Positions 40,502 through 52,583 of a DNA stretch of 64,000 nucleotides are shown here, one piece after another; the first letter of the stretch is position 1; the number at the start of each line of letters is the position of its first letter. Source of the DNA: an uncultured Gemmatimonadales bacterium (GTDB taxonomy: Bacteria > Gemmatimonadota > Gemmatimonadetes > Gemmatimonadales > GWC2-71-9); NCBI GenBank assembly GCA_963828735.1, contig CAWHFW010000003.1, positions 192,001 through 256,000 on the forward strand, written 5' to 3'. The notes beneath the pieces were generated by a model. It saw only the letters and a program-made list of their open reading frames with translations. It did no database searches and was not told where the DNA came from. A program made the translations under genes and the position numbers.

Positions 40502-41831
40502 TCAGCGCGGCCGCGCCGCCTCGAACTCGTGGGTGAGCCGGTGCCGCGCGGTACGGGGCAGCAGGAGCGCCGCCACGAAGCTCACCACGCCCGCCGCGGA
40601 CAGGTACACCGCCGGCGCGAGGGGCTTACCCGTCCGGGCGAGGAGCCACGCCCCGATGAGCGGCGTGGTGCCGCCGAGCAGCGCCATCCCGAGGTTGTGC
40701 GCCACCGACACCACGGTGCAACGCACCCGCCACGGCGCCAGCTCGGCCATGGTGGCGGGCAGGGCGCCGCTGCCGGCGGCGACCAGCAGGGCGAGGCTCA
40801 CCTGCCCCACGATGATGCTGCCTGTCTCCCCTCGGGTCATGAGCGACATCAACGGGTAGGACAGGAGCGCCATCGCGGCACCCCACGCAACCAGCACTGG
40901 TCGCCGGCCAATTCGGTCGCTCAGCGCGCCCGCCGCCAGCGAGGCAACGAGCGACAACGCCATCGCGAGTGTGTTGATCCCCAGCGCGGTGCGCGCCGGC
41001 ACCTGGGCCACCTGCGCGAGCCAGGTCGCCGCGTACACGAACGTCATGTAGAACCCGACGGCCAGGCCGGCCACCAGCGCCACGAGGTGCAAGGTGGTCA
41101 GCCAATGGGAGTGGAGCGCCTCGGCCAGCGGCGACCGGGACGGAGCCTGGTGGGGTACCCGCTCGATGTAGTAGCGCCGGATGGCGATCCCGCCCAGGCC
41201 CACGCAGATGCCCAGGATGAAGGGGATGCGCCAGCCGTACGCCATCACCGCGTCGGGTGTCATCACCGTATTCACGATCGCGCCGGCCGCGGAGCCGAGC
41301 AGCGTGCCCGCGAACGCACCGACCGGCCCCCAGCTGCCCATCCACCCGCGCCGTCCCGGCTCCGACCCCTCGACCAGGAACACGGTCGAGGCGCCGTATT
41401 CGCCGCCGACCGCGAGGCCCTGCAACAAGCCGGAACCCGAGCAGGAGGATCGGCGCGGCGATCCCGATCGTCTCAGTGCTCGGCAATACGCCGATCAAGA
41501 AGGAGGGCAACGCCATCGCCATCACGGACCAGAGCAGCGCCTGCTTACGTCCGAACTTGTCGCCTACCCAGCCGAACAAGGCCCCGCCCACCGGCCGCAT
41601 GATGAAGCCGGCCGCGAAGGTGCCGAAGGCGGCGAGGAGCGAGGCGGTGGGGTTGTGGGCCGGGAAGAAGTGAGCGCCAATTTGCCTGGCGAAGAAGCCG
41701 AAGAGGGCGAAGTCGTACCACTCGAGCACGTTGCCAGCTACACCTGCGATGACGCCGCGGCGGACGGCACGCGGAGTGTGGAACTCCTGCGTGATCACGC
41801 CGGGCGGGATGATTTGGGGGATGGTGGCCAT
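40502..41831 (-). CDS. MFS transporter (MHS/ProP-like), left-arm copy with frameshift ~41428
   Basis: GNVLEWYDF, MRPVGG, QGLAVGGEYG; intact copy at 56535-57863. Confidence 0.9.
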
Positions 41832-42013
41832 GGGATCGTCGTGATGAGGGATGCCGCAGGGTAAGGCGCGCGCGGTTAGCGCGCCAGAGTCGCAGCGGGC
41901 CTGGACATCTGAAAGTGGAGTAGCACGAAAGGTCGATTGACACCGCGACGGACCAAAAAACATACTGGAAGCGCCACCGCACCACCCTTCCATCCCCCCG
42001 GTGAGGAGTTCGA

Positions 42014-42603
42014 ATGTTTCGTGCACGCCCCGTCGCAACCCTCCTGGCGGCCGGCCTGGCCGTTGCCGCCTGCTCTGATAGCTCGCCCGTGGCGCCCGAG
42101 ACCGGCTCCGCCCCGTCCTTCCGCACCGAGCACAGCCCGCCCGGCCCCGGGCACAGGTCAGCCGCTCGGACGCCCAGTTTTTTTCCACCTTCACCGAGCC
42201 CGGCGCGCCCTACTTCGTCGCGATCGGCCTGAACTCGAGCGACGTCGTGGAATTCTGCAGCGGCGGCGACCCGGAGCTGGGCGGCTTGAAAACTCACTTC
42301 GTCGAGCAGCCGCACGGCGGGGCGCAGACCCTGTTCAAGTCGGCGGGCAAGGTTCCCCTGCTCCTCTTCCCGGCCGGCACGGAGGATATCTGCGACGGCT
42401 CGCCAGTCGCCGAGGGAACCGGGACCTACACCGACGGCTCCGCCAACCTCTTCAGGGGCATCGGCCAGGGGACATCCGGGTTCCGGATCCGTGGCCAGGT
42501 GACAGACCAGGCGGGCACGCGGCTCCACGTGCTCGTGGCGGTCCACAGCCAACTCGGGCCGGGGGGATTCGTGGACATCGTGAATAAGATCGAGGTGAAG
42601 TGA
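42014..42603 (+). CDS. hypothetical lipoprotein, left-arm copy with frameshift ~42150
   Basis: Lipobox VAAC; intact copy at 55762-56352. Confidence 0.75.
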
Positions 42604-42629
42604 GCGCGCAGGTCGGCACACGGGCGCCG

Positions 42630-42946
42630 GCGAGCGACGGCGGCGAGCAGGCCCGCCGGGGCGCTGCAGTCGCCGGCACGTACGCGTGGGGTTGCTACTA
42701 AGGGCGGAGGTCGTGCCGTCGACTGACGCGTCCTCTGGGCCTGCCGCCGCCGTCGCTCGCGCGAAGCTCCGATGCTAGAGCGGCGCGCGTCCGCGCATTC
42801 CGGAATGCTCGGGGCGCGGGGGCGACGGGATGGCTCCCGCAGGGCGCGTCAGTCGACGCCACTACCTCAGCCTCTGGTAGCAGCCCAACGCCTGCGTGGC
42901 GGCGACTGCAGCGCCCGAAGGGAGCTATCCCGTCGCCCCCGCGCCC
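42630..42946. repeat. pair of ~130-bp structured palindromic elements sharing an inverted 72-bp core
   Basis: Cores 42659-42730 and reverse complement of 42845-42916 are 61/72 identical; each has its own flanking inverted repeats. Confidence 0.75.
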
Positions 42947-42966
42947 TGCGCCGACACGCCGGATGC

Positions 42967-44866
42967 CTACGCGCGCGGATAGCCGATCGCCGCGAGATCC
43001 GCCGAGATCTCTTCCAGGCTCGCCGGATCATCGATCGTCGCCGGCACCGTCCACGCCACCCCGTCCGCGATCTTCTTCACCGTCCCCCGCACGATCTTTC
43101 CCGACCGCGTCTTGGGCAGCCGCTTGACGACGGTCGCCGTCTTGAACGACGCCACCGGCCCGATCCGCTGCCGCACCAGCTCCACCAGCTCCGCCACCAG
43201 CTCCACCCGATCCCGTACCGCCCCGTGCTTGAGCACCACCAGGCCGAGGGGCACCTCGCCCTTGAGCGCGTCGCTGACGCCCACCACCGCGCACTCCGCG
43301 ACGTCCGGGTGCGCCGCCAGCACCTCCTCCATCTGGCCGGTGCTGAGCCGGTGACCCGCGACGTTGATCACGTCGTCGGTGCGGCTCATGATCCAGAGAT
43401 AGTCGTCCTCGTCCTTGTAGCCCGCGTCGGCCGTCAGGTAGTAGCCGGGATAGGCGGTGAGGTAGGTGTCGCGGAAGCCCTGGTCGTTGTTCCAGAGCGT
43501 CGGCGTGGCGCCCGGGGGAAGCGGGAGCTTCATGACGACGTTGCCCGATTGGCTCGGGGCCGTCGCCCTGCCCTCGTCGTCCAGCACCCGCACGTCCCAA
43601 CCCGGCACCGGTACCGAGCACGAGCCCGGCTTGACCGGCAGCAGCCCGAGCCCCGCGCAGTTGCAGCCGACCGGCCAGCCGGTCTCGGTCTGCCACCAGT
43701 GGTCGATCACCGGAACGCCGAGCTGCCGCTCGGCCCACTCGAGCGTCGGCGGGTCGCAGCGCTCGCCGGCCAGGAAGAGCGTGCGGAAGCGTGAGAGATC
43801 GTAGCGGCGGATGTGCTCGCCGTCGGGATCGTCGCGCTTGATGGCGCGGAACGCGGTCGGCGCGGTGAAGAAGACGCCGACTCCGTGCTGCGCGATGACG
43901 CGCCAGAACGCGCCCGCGTCCGGCGTGCCGACCGGCTTCCCCTCATAGAGCACCGTCGTGTTGCCGTGGAACAGCGGGGCGTAGACGATGTACGAGTGGC
44001 CGACGGTCCACCCCAGGTCCGACGCGGCCCAGTACACCTCGCCCGGCTCGACCCCGTAGATGTTGCGCATGCTCCAGGTGAGCGCGACCAGGTGGCCGCC
44101 GTTGTCGCGCACGATGCCCTTGGGCTGCCCGGTCGTGCCGGAGGTGTAGAGGATGTAGAGCGGATCGGTGGCGAGGACCGGGACGCAGTCCACCGGACTG
44201 GCGCCGGCCGCGAGCTCGCGCCAGTCGTGGTCCCGCCCCGGCACCATCGTCGCCTCGCCTTGGGGACGCTGGAGCACGATGCAGCACTCGGGCTTGGCGT
44301 CGGCCAGCTCGATCGCCCGGTCGAGCAGCGGCTTGTACGGCACCACCCGGCCGATCTCGATGCCGCAGGAGGCGCTCAGGATCGCCTTGGGCCGGGCATC
44401 GGTGATCCGGCTGGCCAGCTCGGGCGACGCGAACCCGCCGAACACCACCGAGTGAATCGCGCCGATGCGGGCGCAGGCCAGCATCCCGATCACGGCCTCG
44501 GGGACCATCGGCATGTAGATCACGACTCTGTCGCCGCGGCCCACGCCCTTCCCGGGCCAGCACGCCCGCGAACCGGGCGACCTCGTCGCGCAGCTCGCGG
44601 AACGTGTAGGTCCGAACCGTGGAGGTGACCGGGCTGTCGTAGATCAGGGCGAGCTGGTCGGCGCGGCCGGACTCGACGTGGCGGTCGAGGGCGTTGTAGC
44701 AGGTGTTGGTCTCAGCGCCGGGGAACCAGCGGTAGAGGGGCGCGCGGGAGTCGTCGAGGACCGCGTCCCAGCGGCGGTACCAGTGCACGGCCTCCGCCGC
44801 CTCGGCCCAGAAGGACTCGGGGGCGGCCTGCCAGCGCGCGTAGACCTCGCGATACGTGGAGGGCAC
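42967..44866 (-). CDS. prpE: propionyl-CoA synthetase, left-arm copy with frameshift ~44550
   Basis: YILYTSGTTGQPKG, DHWWQTETG, INVAGHRLSTG, LPKTRSGKI. Confidence 0.88.
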
Positions 44867-45181
44867 CTGGCCAAGCTAGGCGCGGGGTGGGGCGTGGCCA
44901 AGGGTCGGGTTGAGTCGGGGGAGCTCCGAAGCCAGTAGGAATGAGGGGGAACATCGGCCGGCCTGGCACATTCCCTCTCAGGTGGCGAACGGCCAGAACA
45001 CCCAGGCGGTCGGCTCCAGGGCGCGCGTCGCGTGCCATCCGTCAAGGCAGCGCGGCGACTGCCGATAGCCCCCTGCATGCAACGATCCGCACACGGTCTG
45101 CGCACGGGACCGAACCTTGCAGACTTCTCTGCGATGGACAAGCTGACCCACCAGCCAAGCAATCTTTTCTTCGGAGATGCC

Positions 45182-45784
45182 ATGCGCACCCTCTCCGCCC
45201 CGCGCCAGGCCGCACTCGTCCTCGCACTTGCGGCGTTCGCGGCCTGTGACGGCCAGGCCCCCAACGCCACTACGTCGTTCTCGGTCATGCTCAAGGACGC
45301 CCCGGGTGACGTGCAGCACGCTGTGGTGACGATCAGCGAAGTGGACCTGGTGGGCTCGGGCGGGGTGCAGGTCCTCACCCAGACGCCGACCACCGTGGAC
45401 CTGCTCACGCTCGCGGCCGACGCCACGACTCTGGTGCAGGGCATCGAGGTCCCCTCCGGCAGCTATGAGCAGCTTCGCTTCAAGATCACCGGGGCGTGTC
45501 TCGCGGTGGAGAATGGCACCGGCGGAAGTGACGTGTACGCGACCGACGGCTATGACGCCACTCAGTGCGGCGGCGAGGCCACCGGCGCGCTGCAGGCGCC
45601 GAGCTTCGCGCAGTCGGGGCTCAAGGTGACCATGGCCGGCAACGCGCTGGAGCTCACGGGACCGGAGAAGATCGTGCTGGTGGATTTCGACGTGAGCCAG
45701 AGCTTCGGGCATGAGGCAAGCGGGTGGGTCATGCACCCGGTCGTGACCGGCGGTGAGATCACGACGGAGCCGCCGGCGCCGTGA
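45182..45784 (+). CDS. DUF4382-like lipoprotein (left-arm copy)
   Basis: Lipobox FAAC; VMLKDAPG, VDLLTL, GSYEQLRF, SGLKV, VLVDFDVSQSF. Confidence 0.8.
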   Translation: MRTLSAPRQAALVLALAAFAACDGQAPNATTSFSVMLKDAPGDVQHAVVTISEVDLVGSGGVQVLTQTPTTVDLLTLAADATTLVQGIEVPSGSYEQLRFKITGACLAVENGTGGSDVYATDGYDATQCGGEATGALQAPSFAQSGLKVTMAGNALELTGPEKIVLVDFDVSQSFGHEASGWVMHPVVTGGEITTEPPAP

Positions 45785-45789
45785 TTCCC

Positions 45790-47965
45790 GGGGCGGCGGC
45801 CGCCACCGCCGCGGACCGCCGCAGCCGGTCGCGTCCGCGTCGCCCAGCTCGCCATACGTGTTGTCGCCCCAACACCAGGTGCCGCGCCGTGCGTGTCCAG
45901 CGCGCAGGTGTGGCGGGGCCGTGATCGCCGCGGAAGGTATGGGCAGGGATGGAACGATTGGTCGTGCCGTCGCCGAGTGGCCGTACTCGTTGAGGCCCCA
46001 GCACAGCGTCGGCCCTGATGCCGCGATTCCACAGGAGTGATCGTAGCCCGCGGCGATAAACGAGGCCCCGGGGACGGGAAGTCCGGATCGGGGCTGTGAA
46101 GATCACCAGTGGATCGGTGCGCCACGTCGTGCCGCCGGACACGACGACCGGGAGGGGCGAGGTCACAGTCGTACCATCGCCAAGCTGGCCGGCCACGTTG
46201 TAGCCCCAGCACACGGCCGCGCCCGCGACAGTGACGGCGCAGGTATGGAGGGCTGTGCGCTGACCTCCTTGATCGCATCGGAGGTATTGACCGGCGTCGT
46301 CGTGGAAGTCGCCCTGGCCGAGCTGACCTTCTTCATTCCGCCCCCACCAGATGCGCTGTGACGGGCCGATGCCACAAGTGTGCGCGAACCCCGCGGACAA
46401 CTGTTGAGTCAAGAGCCGCACCTGGCCACGACGATCGTATTGCCGCTCTGCGCGGAATCGCAGTCGTCGACTGCCCCGCCGTCGAGCCGTTCCCGAGTCG
46501 GTCGTCCCCAGCACCAGGCCTCGAAGGCCAGGGTGAACGCGCAGGAGTGATAGAGCGGCGACGATCCGTGTCGATAGCGATAGTCGCCGGGAATCAACGT
46601 AGGGTTGGTGACGGAGCCGACGCGGATCCGAGCCCCAGCCGCCCGTCCGCGTTGTAGCCCCAACACAACAGCCGCTCGCTGGTCGTGCACACGCACCCAT
46701 GGTAGCCCCCAGCGTCGATGTACCGAAACACGATCTCCGGCCATCGGCTGGGCGATCGCGTGGAACGTGACTGGCCCGAGGCCCACGACGGTGGCGGTCG
46801 CGGTGTAGATCCCCGGCGTGGGAGGCAGCGTCCAAACGACGGAGGACTGCCCCGCATCGTCGGTGGGTACTCCACTGTTTGATTTACGTGCCGCGCTCGG
46901 CACCCGGTTCACCAGCACTCCCGGGGCGAACCGCCCGGCCGAATCAACGGCCCTCAGGGTCAGACCGGTGCCGCAACGGGGATCCGATTACCCCACGCTG
47001 GTCTCGTGTCGCCATTGCATCGGTTGGCGGACCGGCCAGGTTGTCGAGGGGCTCGACGGCATCTTTGCAGGCGAGCGCGACCACGGCGGCGATGGCCGTC
47101 CAATGCAGGGCCTCACTGGACGCACCGCGGACGGTCCCCATGGGGGCGTGGTCCTGACTCGCCGCTGACCTCGTCGCCCAGGCGGCGAACCACTGCGATG
47201 TCCTCGAGTACACTCTCAGCGTACCTGCCTCCGTGGTCTTGGAGAGGGTCCAGCACTGCCCCGCGTCGCCCAGATCGTACTCCGCCTTTCCCTGACCGGA
47301 GATTGTTCCGTAGTTATCGACGCTGCGCCCAGCTAATACGTGTCCGAGTCGATGACGAGGGCCGTCCCGCCGCAGCCGGTCAGCAAGGTCAGTACGGCGG
47401 GACCCCAACACACGCGCATAGAGACTCCATTCCGCTTACAGGGTAGTGGTCGCAGGACTTCGTGAGCGGGTGTCGCGGGGACTTCGCGATGCCGCGCCAG
47501 CGGCCACCTCCCGCGGCCATGGGGCGGGGCGCCGCCGCACGTAGTCCGACTTGAGCTGCATGGCCGCCATCGCCAGCGCCCTGGGATTCCGATCGGTGGC
47601 CTCGTAACGCCGCTGCTCCAACCGGCTCCGCCTCGGCCCGGAGATCCTCGATCTCTTCCTCGGGGGCGCCGGCGTAGGCGCGAGCCGGTGTCGCGGAGCC
47701 CGGCAGCCGCCGCATCCAACGCACGTCGTCCGCGCTGCGGACCGCCTCTTCGCGCGCACGTGCCGCCTGGAACCGGAGGAAGGTCTGCTCGACCACCGGC
47801 TCGACGCGGTCTTCGCCGTCGAGGTTCAGCCACCGGCATGGCGGTCGTGCGGCGCTTGTTCCGCCTCGCTCACGACGTCCGCCTCGATCCGGATCTCGCC
47901 GAGCTGGACCTTGCCCAGCTCAGCCACGTTTTCGACGTGGAATACCAGGCCGAGGAGCAATACGT
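45790..47965 (-). pseudogene. indel-riddled mirror copies of the RCC1 protein, small lipoprotein and VWA-associated fragment (probable low-quality read)
   Basis: Matches the reverse complement of 47971-50200 with dense small deletions. Confidence 0.8.
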
Positions 47966-47970
47966 GGCCG

Positions 47971-48455
47971 ACGTATTGCTCCTCGGCCTGGTATTCCACG
48001 TCGAAAACGTGGCTGAGCTGGGCAAGGTCCAGCTCGGCGAGATCCGGATCGAGGCGGACATCGTGAGCGAGGCTGGCGTCGAGCACCGCACGACCGCTAT
48101 GCCGGTGTTCGCGAACCTCGACGGCGAAGACCGCGTCGAGCCGGTGGTCGAGCAGACCTTCCTCCGGTTCCAGGCTGCACGTGCGCGCGAAGAGGCGGTC
48201 CGCAGCGCGGACAACGGTGCGTTCGATGCGGCGGCCGCCGGGCTCCGCGAAGCGGCCGCCGGGCTCGCGCCGTACGCCGGCGCGCCCGAGGTACGAGAAG
48301 AGATCGAGGATCTCCGTGCCGAGGCGGACCGGCTGGAGCAGCGGCGCTACGAGGCCACCGATCGGAAGTACCAGGGCGCCCGGGCGATGGCGGCCATGCA
48401 GCTCAAGTCGGACTACGTGCAGCGGGTGAGCCGCCGTCGGCCGCGGGAGTCCTAG
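47971..48455 (+). pseudogene. 3' part of a larger protein (resembles the C-terminus of VWA-domain proteins), 5' end lost at the fold-back
   Basis: ...LGEIRIEAD...VEQTFLRFQAARAREEAVRSADNGAFDAA...EIEDLRAEA...TDRKY; no start codon of its own. Confidence 0.55.
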
Positions 48456-48536
48456 CTGGCGCGGCATCGCGAAGTCCCCGCGACACCCGCTCACGAAGTC
48501 CTGCGACCACTACCCTGTAAGCGGAATGGAGTCTCT

Positions 48537-48845
48537 ATGCGCGTCTGTTGGGGTCCCGCCGTACTGGCCTTGCTGGCCGGCTGCGGCGGGACGGCCCTCG
48601 TCATCGACTCCGACACCTCCTGGGCCGGCGGCGTCGATAGCTACGGAGCGATCTCCGGCGAGGGAAAGGCGGAGTACGACCTGGGCGACGCGGGGCGCTC
48701 ATGCTGGACCCTCGCCAAGACCACGGAGGCAGGCACGCTGAGAGTGTACTCGAGGACGTCGCAGTGGTTCGGCCTGGGTGACGAGGTGAACGGCGAGTCC
48801 AGGACCAGCGCCCCCATGGGGACTGTCACGGGGTGCGTCCAGTGA
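48537..48845 (+). CDS. small hypothetical lipoprotein
   Basis: Lipobox LAGC; IDSDTSWAG...CWTLAKTTEAGTLRV...TSAPMGTVTGC. Confidence 0.75.
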   Translation: MRVCWGPAVLALLAGCGGTALVIDSDTSWAGGVDSYGAISGEGKAEYDLGDAGRSCWTLAKTTEAGTLRVYSRTSQWFGLGDEVNGESRTSAPMGTVTGCVQ

Positions 48846-50399
48846 GGCCCCTGCGTTGGACGGCCATTGCCGCCGTGGTCACGCTCGCCTGCAAGGATAC
48901 CGTCGAGCCCCTCGACCTGGCCGGTCCGCCAACCGATGCAATGGCGACGGCAGGCGAGAACCAGCGTGGGGTAATCGGATCCCCGTTGGGCACCGGTCTG
49001 ACCCTGAGGGCCGTTGATTCGGCCGGGCGGGCTGCACCCGGAGTGCTGGTGAGCTGGGTGCCGAGCGCGGGCACGTTGAATCAAACGGTCGATACCACCG
49101 ACGATGCGGGGCAGTCCTCCGTCGTGTGGACGCTGCCTCCCACGCCGGGGATCTACACCGCGACCGCCACCGTCGCGGGTCTGGGGCCCGTTACGTTCCA
49201 CGCCATCGCCCAGCCGATCGCCGGAGACATCGTGTTCCGGTACATCGACGCCGGGGGCTACCACGGCTGCGGCATCACGACCAGCGAGCAGCTGCTGTGC
49301 TGGGGCTATAACGCGGACGGACAGCTGGGGCTCGGATCCACGTCGCTCGTCACCAACCCGACGCTGATTCCCGGCGACTATCGCTATCGACGGATCGTCG
49401 GCGGCTTCTATCACTCCTGCGCCTTCACCCTGTCCTTCGAGGCCTGGTGCTGGGGGAATAACGGGGACGACCGACTCGGGAACGGCTCGACGGCGACGCA
49501 GTCAACGACTCCGGTCGCGGTGATCACGGCGCAGAGCGTCGACACGGTGCAGGGCGATACGATCGTCGTGGGTCAGGTGCGGCTCTTGACTCAACAGTTG
49601 TCCGCGGGGTTCGCGCACACTTGTGGCATCGGCCCGTCACAGCGCGTCTGGTGCTGGGGGCGGAATGAAGAAGGTCAGCTCGGCCGGGGCGACTTCCACA
49701 CGTTCTTCCCGACAACGCCCGTCAATACCTCCGATGGGATCAAGGAGGTCAGCGCCGGAGGCCTGCATACCTGCGCCATTACCGTCGCCGGCGCCGCCGA
49801 GTGCTGGGGCTACAACGTGGCCGGCCAGCTGGGCGATGGTACGACTGCGACCTCGTCCCTGCCGGTCGTCGTGTCCGGCGGGCACGACGTGGCGCACCGA
49901 TCCGCTGGTGATCTTCCACAGCCCCGATCCCGACTTTCCGCTGCCTCCAGGTCCGTTTATCGCCGCGGGCTACGATCACTCCTGCGGAATCGCGGCATCA
50001 GGGCCGACGCTGTGCTGGGGCCTCAACGAGTACGGCCAGCTCGGCGATGGCACCACGACCAATCGTTCCATTCCTACGGTCGTGGGCGGCGCCCACACGT
50101 TCGCGGCGATCACGGCCGGCCTCCGCCACTCCTGCGCGCTGGACACGCAGGGCGCGGCGTGGTGTTGGGGCGACAACACGTACGGCGAGCTGGGCGACGG
50201 GACCACCACCGGCAGCAGCAGCCCCGTGGCGGTCGTCGGCGGGCTCGTGTTCTCGTACCTCAAGGCCGGCGAGTTGCACACCTGCGGGGTCACCGCGGCT
50301 GGTGCCGCATACTGCTGGGGCGACAACGAGTACAGCCAGCTGGGTGACGGCACCGCGACGAGTTCCCACGTGCCGGTGAAGGTGGCGTTTCAGCCCTAG
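48842..50399 (+). CDS. Ig-like plus RCC1-repeat lipoprotein; frameshift ~49882
   Basis: Lipobox TLAC; repeated AG..H(T/S)C....CWG.N..GQLGDG; continues in ORF 49623-50399. Confidence 0.88.
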
Positions 50400-50680
50400 G
50401 TGAAATGGTTCGAGAGGGCGCCGGGAGCACTGATGCTTCGAGCGGGGGGTGCCGTCGCAAGGATACGCAGGGAGTGGCGGCGCACGAGGGGCGTGAGCTG
50501 CGGATCGGGCCGCGCGGGTGCGAACGCGGGCGTGACCGGCTTGACGCCCCTCGCTTCACCTCGACCTTCAGCACGAGATCCTCGAATCCGTTCGGCCCGA
50601 GATGCTCCTGGGCGACCACGAGCACGTGATGCCGCGTGCCGGCGGGCGCGGTCGCGCACCGCCGGCGCTTCGAGTCTCGC

Positions 50681-51286
50681 TCAGCCGCCGTGATGGTGCT
50701 CCGCGCTGGCTGCCTGCGCTCCGGCGAACTGGCAGCTCACCTTCGGGTTCCAGGGCGAGAAGATCCCGCTCGAGTTGTGCCGGCCCGCCCAGATGTGCAG
50801 GCCCCACACCCCGAACTCCGGCACCTGCGCGAAGTCCTGCCCCAGCAGCGTCGGCGGCGCCGCGGTGGCCGGGTGATCGGTGAACGGAACGATGTACTCC
50901 ACGCCGACGAACCGCAGCTTCCCGTTCTTCTCCGGCTCGTACAGCAGCAGCTCGGGCTGGAGCAGGTTCACGGTGCCGCCGTCCTGGATGTACGCGAGAT
51001 TGCCCCAGTGGAGCCCCATCGCGCCGGACCCGGGTGTGCTCGGCAGGTCACCCGCCTTGAGGCAGGGGGTGATCGGGGCGGACCAGCCGGCCCGGACCGC
51101 CGCGTCGAAGTCGTGGAACGGGGCGACCAGCCGGCGCAGTTGCGCGATCTGGCTCGCGTCCGAGGCACTGGCGGTTGCCGGTGTGGCCAGCGCGGCCGCG
51201 CCGTCGGGAGCGAGAGTACCCTGATGGTCCTCGCAGGCGAGGAGAGCGGTGACGAGGCCGAGTACGATCGGAATGCGTGCGCGCAT
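50681..51286 (-). CDS. hypothetical lipoprotein
   Basis: Lipobox LLAC; GAMGLHW...PELLLYEP...VGVEY...LHIW...NSSGIFSPWNPKVSC. Confidence 0.8.
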   Translation of the reverse strand: MRARIPIVLGLVTALLACEDHQGTLAPDGAAALATPATASASDASQIAQLRRLVAPFHDFDAAVRAGWSAPITPCLKAGDLPSTPGSGAMGLHWGNLAYIQDGGTVNLLQPELLLYEPEKNGKLRFVGVEYIVPFTDHPATAAPPTLLGQDFAQVPEFGVWGLHIWAGRHNSSGIFSPWNPKVSCQFAGAQAASAEHHHGG

Positions 51287-51367
51287 GTATACCCCCAGGC
51301 GAAAGCGAGGACAGAGTAGGTTGGGACGAATCAAGGTTAGCGTTGCGGCTCGCCGATCGCTGAGTCG

Positions 51368-51943
51368 CTAGGATCCCTGGCGCGCGTGCTCGGTGCTTGC
51401 GGTGACGTCCGCGCCGACCGTGCCGGCCGTCTCCGTGGCCACGCTCAGATGCCCCTGCACGGTCGGCAGCATGCTCGAGGCGAGCTGTTTCAGCGACTGC
51501 ACCCGTCCGTCCTTGGTCTCGCGCTGGAACAGCTGCACCGCTTGGTCATGCTGGGTCACCATCTCGGCCATGTACTTCTTGTCGAAGTCGGACTTGCCCA
51601 TACTCGCATATTGGTCGACGATCTGCTGGTGCTCTCGCAGCAGAACCGGTGCGGGATAGGCGGCCTGCTTCGCGCCCGCCTTGAGCTCCTCGTTGGCCTT
51701 GGAGTACTCGTCCACCATGCGCTTGCCGAAATCCCGCACGACGTCACTGGACCCCTTCTTCTCCGCCAGCTTCCCCAGCTTCACCTGCATGAGACCCAGG
51801 CTGCCCGCCATCAGCATGAAGGTGCTATCCGACTCCAGCGCCGCCTTTAGCGCCGCTGTCTGCGCTGCCGCGGGAGCGGGGGCCATCGTGACAGTGAGCA
51901 ACAGACCGGTGACGACTGCGGTTGCAAGAACCTTGACGCGCAT
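51368..51943 (-). CDS. DUF4142 (ferritin-like) exported protein
   Basis: DSTFM..A...VKLGKLA..K...VRDFGKRMVDE...FDKKYMAEMVTQH...LPTVQGHL. Confidence 0.88.
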   Translation of the reverse strand: MRVKVLATAVVTGLLLTVTMAPAPAAAQTAALKAALESDSTFMLMAGSLGLMQVKLGKLAEKKGSSDVVRDFGKRMVDEYSKANEELKAGAKQAAYPAPVLLREHQQIVDQYASMGKSDFDKKYMAEMVTQHDQAVQLFQRETKDGRVQSLKQLASSMLPTVQGHLSVATETAGTVGADVTASTEHARQGS

Positions 51944-52583
51944 GATCCGATCCTCTCCGTTGTGCCGTCTATAGGGTGATCCGTGCTCCAGAGCCCGGAG
52001 GCGAAGGAGGGCGGTCGCGCGCCGCCAGTCTCCAGCGACACGCGACCGTAGGGGGCAGATACAAACGGTGCCGCGCAGGACCAATATCCTCACATCCCCC
52101 GGACCCGTGGCTCGCGGGCCGGGGTCGTTGCGAGGATGCGACCAGAAGATCGTTCGCGATGCGGCTTGGAACCATCCGCCGATGGTAGGATTCGACCCCT
52201 GACTCGAGTCGGGGGCGGCCTATGACTCCGGTCGGAGCTGTGGAGAGGGTTGCGGCAACGTTGGCCTTCGGCGATGTCGCGCATCAGGCATACGATAGGT
52301 GGGCGGTGTCGAACCCAGGCGTGAGCGCCGTCCAATGCCTCAAGGTTGCGCACCCCGCGGCGGTGGATCGCGATGGGACCGGAAACGATGCGGCGCTCAA
52401 GGGGTGGGACAAGGCGGTGAAACAACTAGGGGCGAGGTCGAAGAGTGGAAAGAAGGTGGCCGTGGATGGGTTTGGAATTCCGGTGTAGTCATCCCCGCGA
52501 TCGGAACACGGAAGTCGCCGCTTCCGACGCTGGAGTCGACACGGCTGCGGCGTGGGAGGCGGTGGCGGCGGCCGCCCCGGGAA

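Larger units (their letters stand above)
39889..47965. repeat. left arm of fold-back inverted duplication
   Basis: Reverse complement of 47971-58477, except ~2.3 kb absent and many small indels in 45800-47830. Confidence 0.95.

Noticed and set aside
47940..48000. Hairpin telomere of a linear replicon
   Set aside because: The centre lies inside a coding sequence, no protelomerase is present, and the flanking error pattern fits a fold-back read.
52222..52488. 88-aa ORF in the DUF4142-DUF4382 gap
   Set aside because: No RBS or recognisable motif; cannot be supported from sequence alone.
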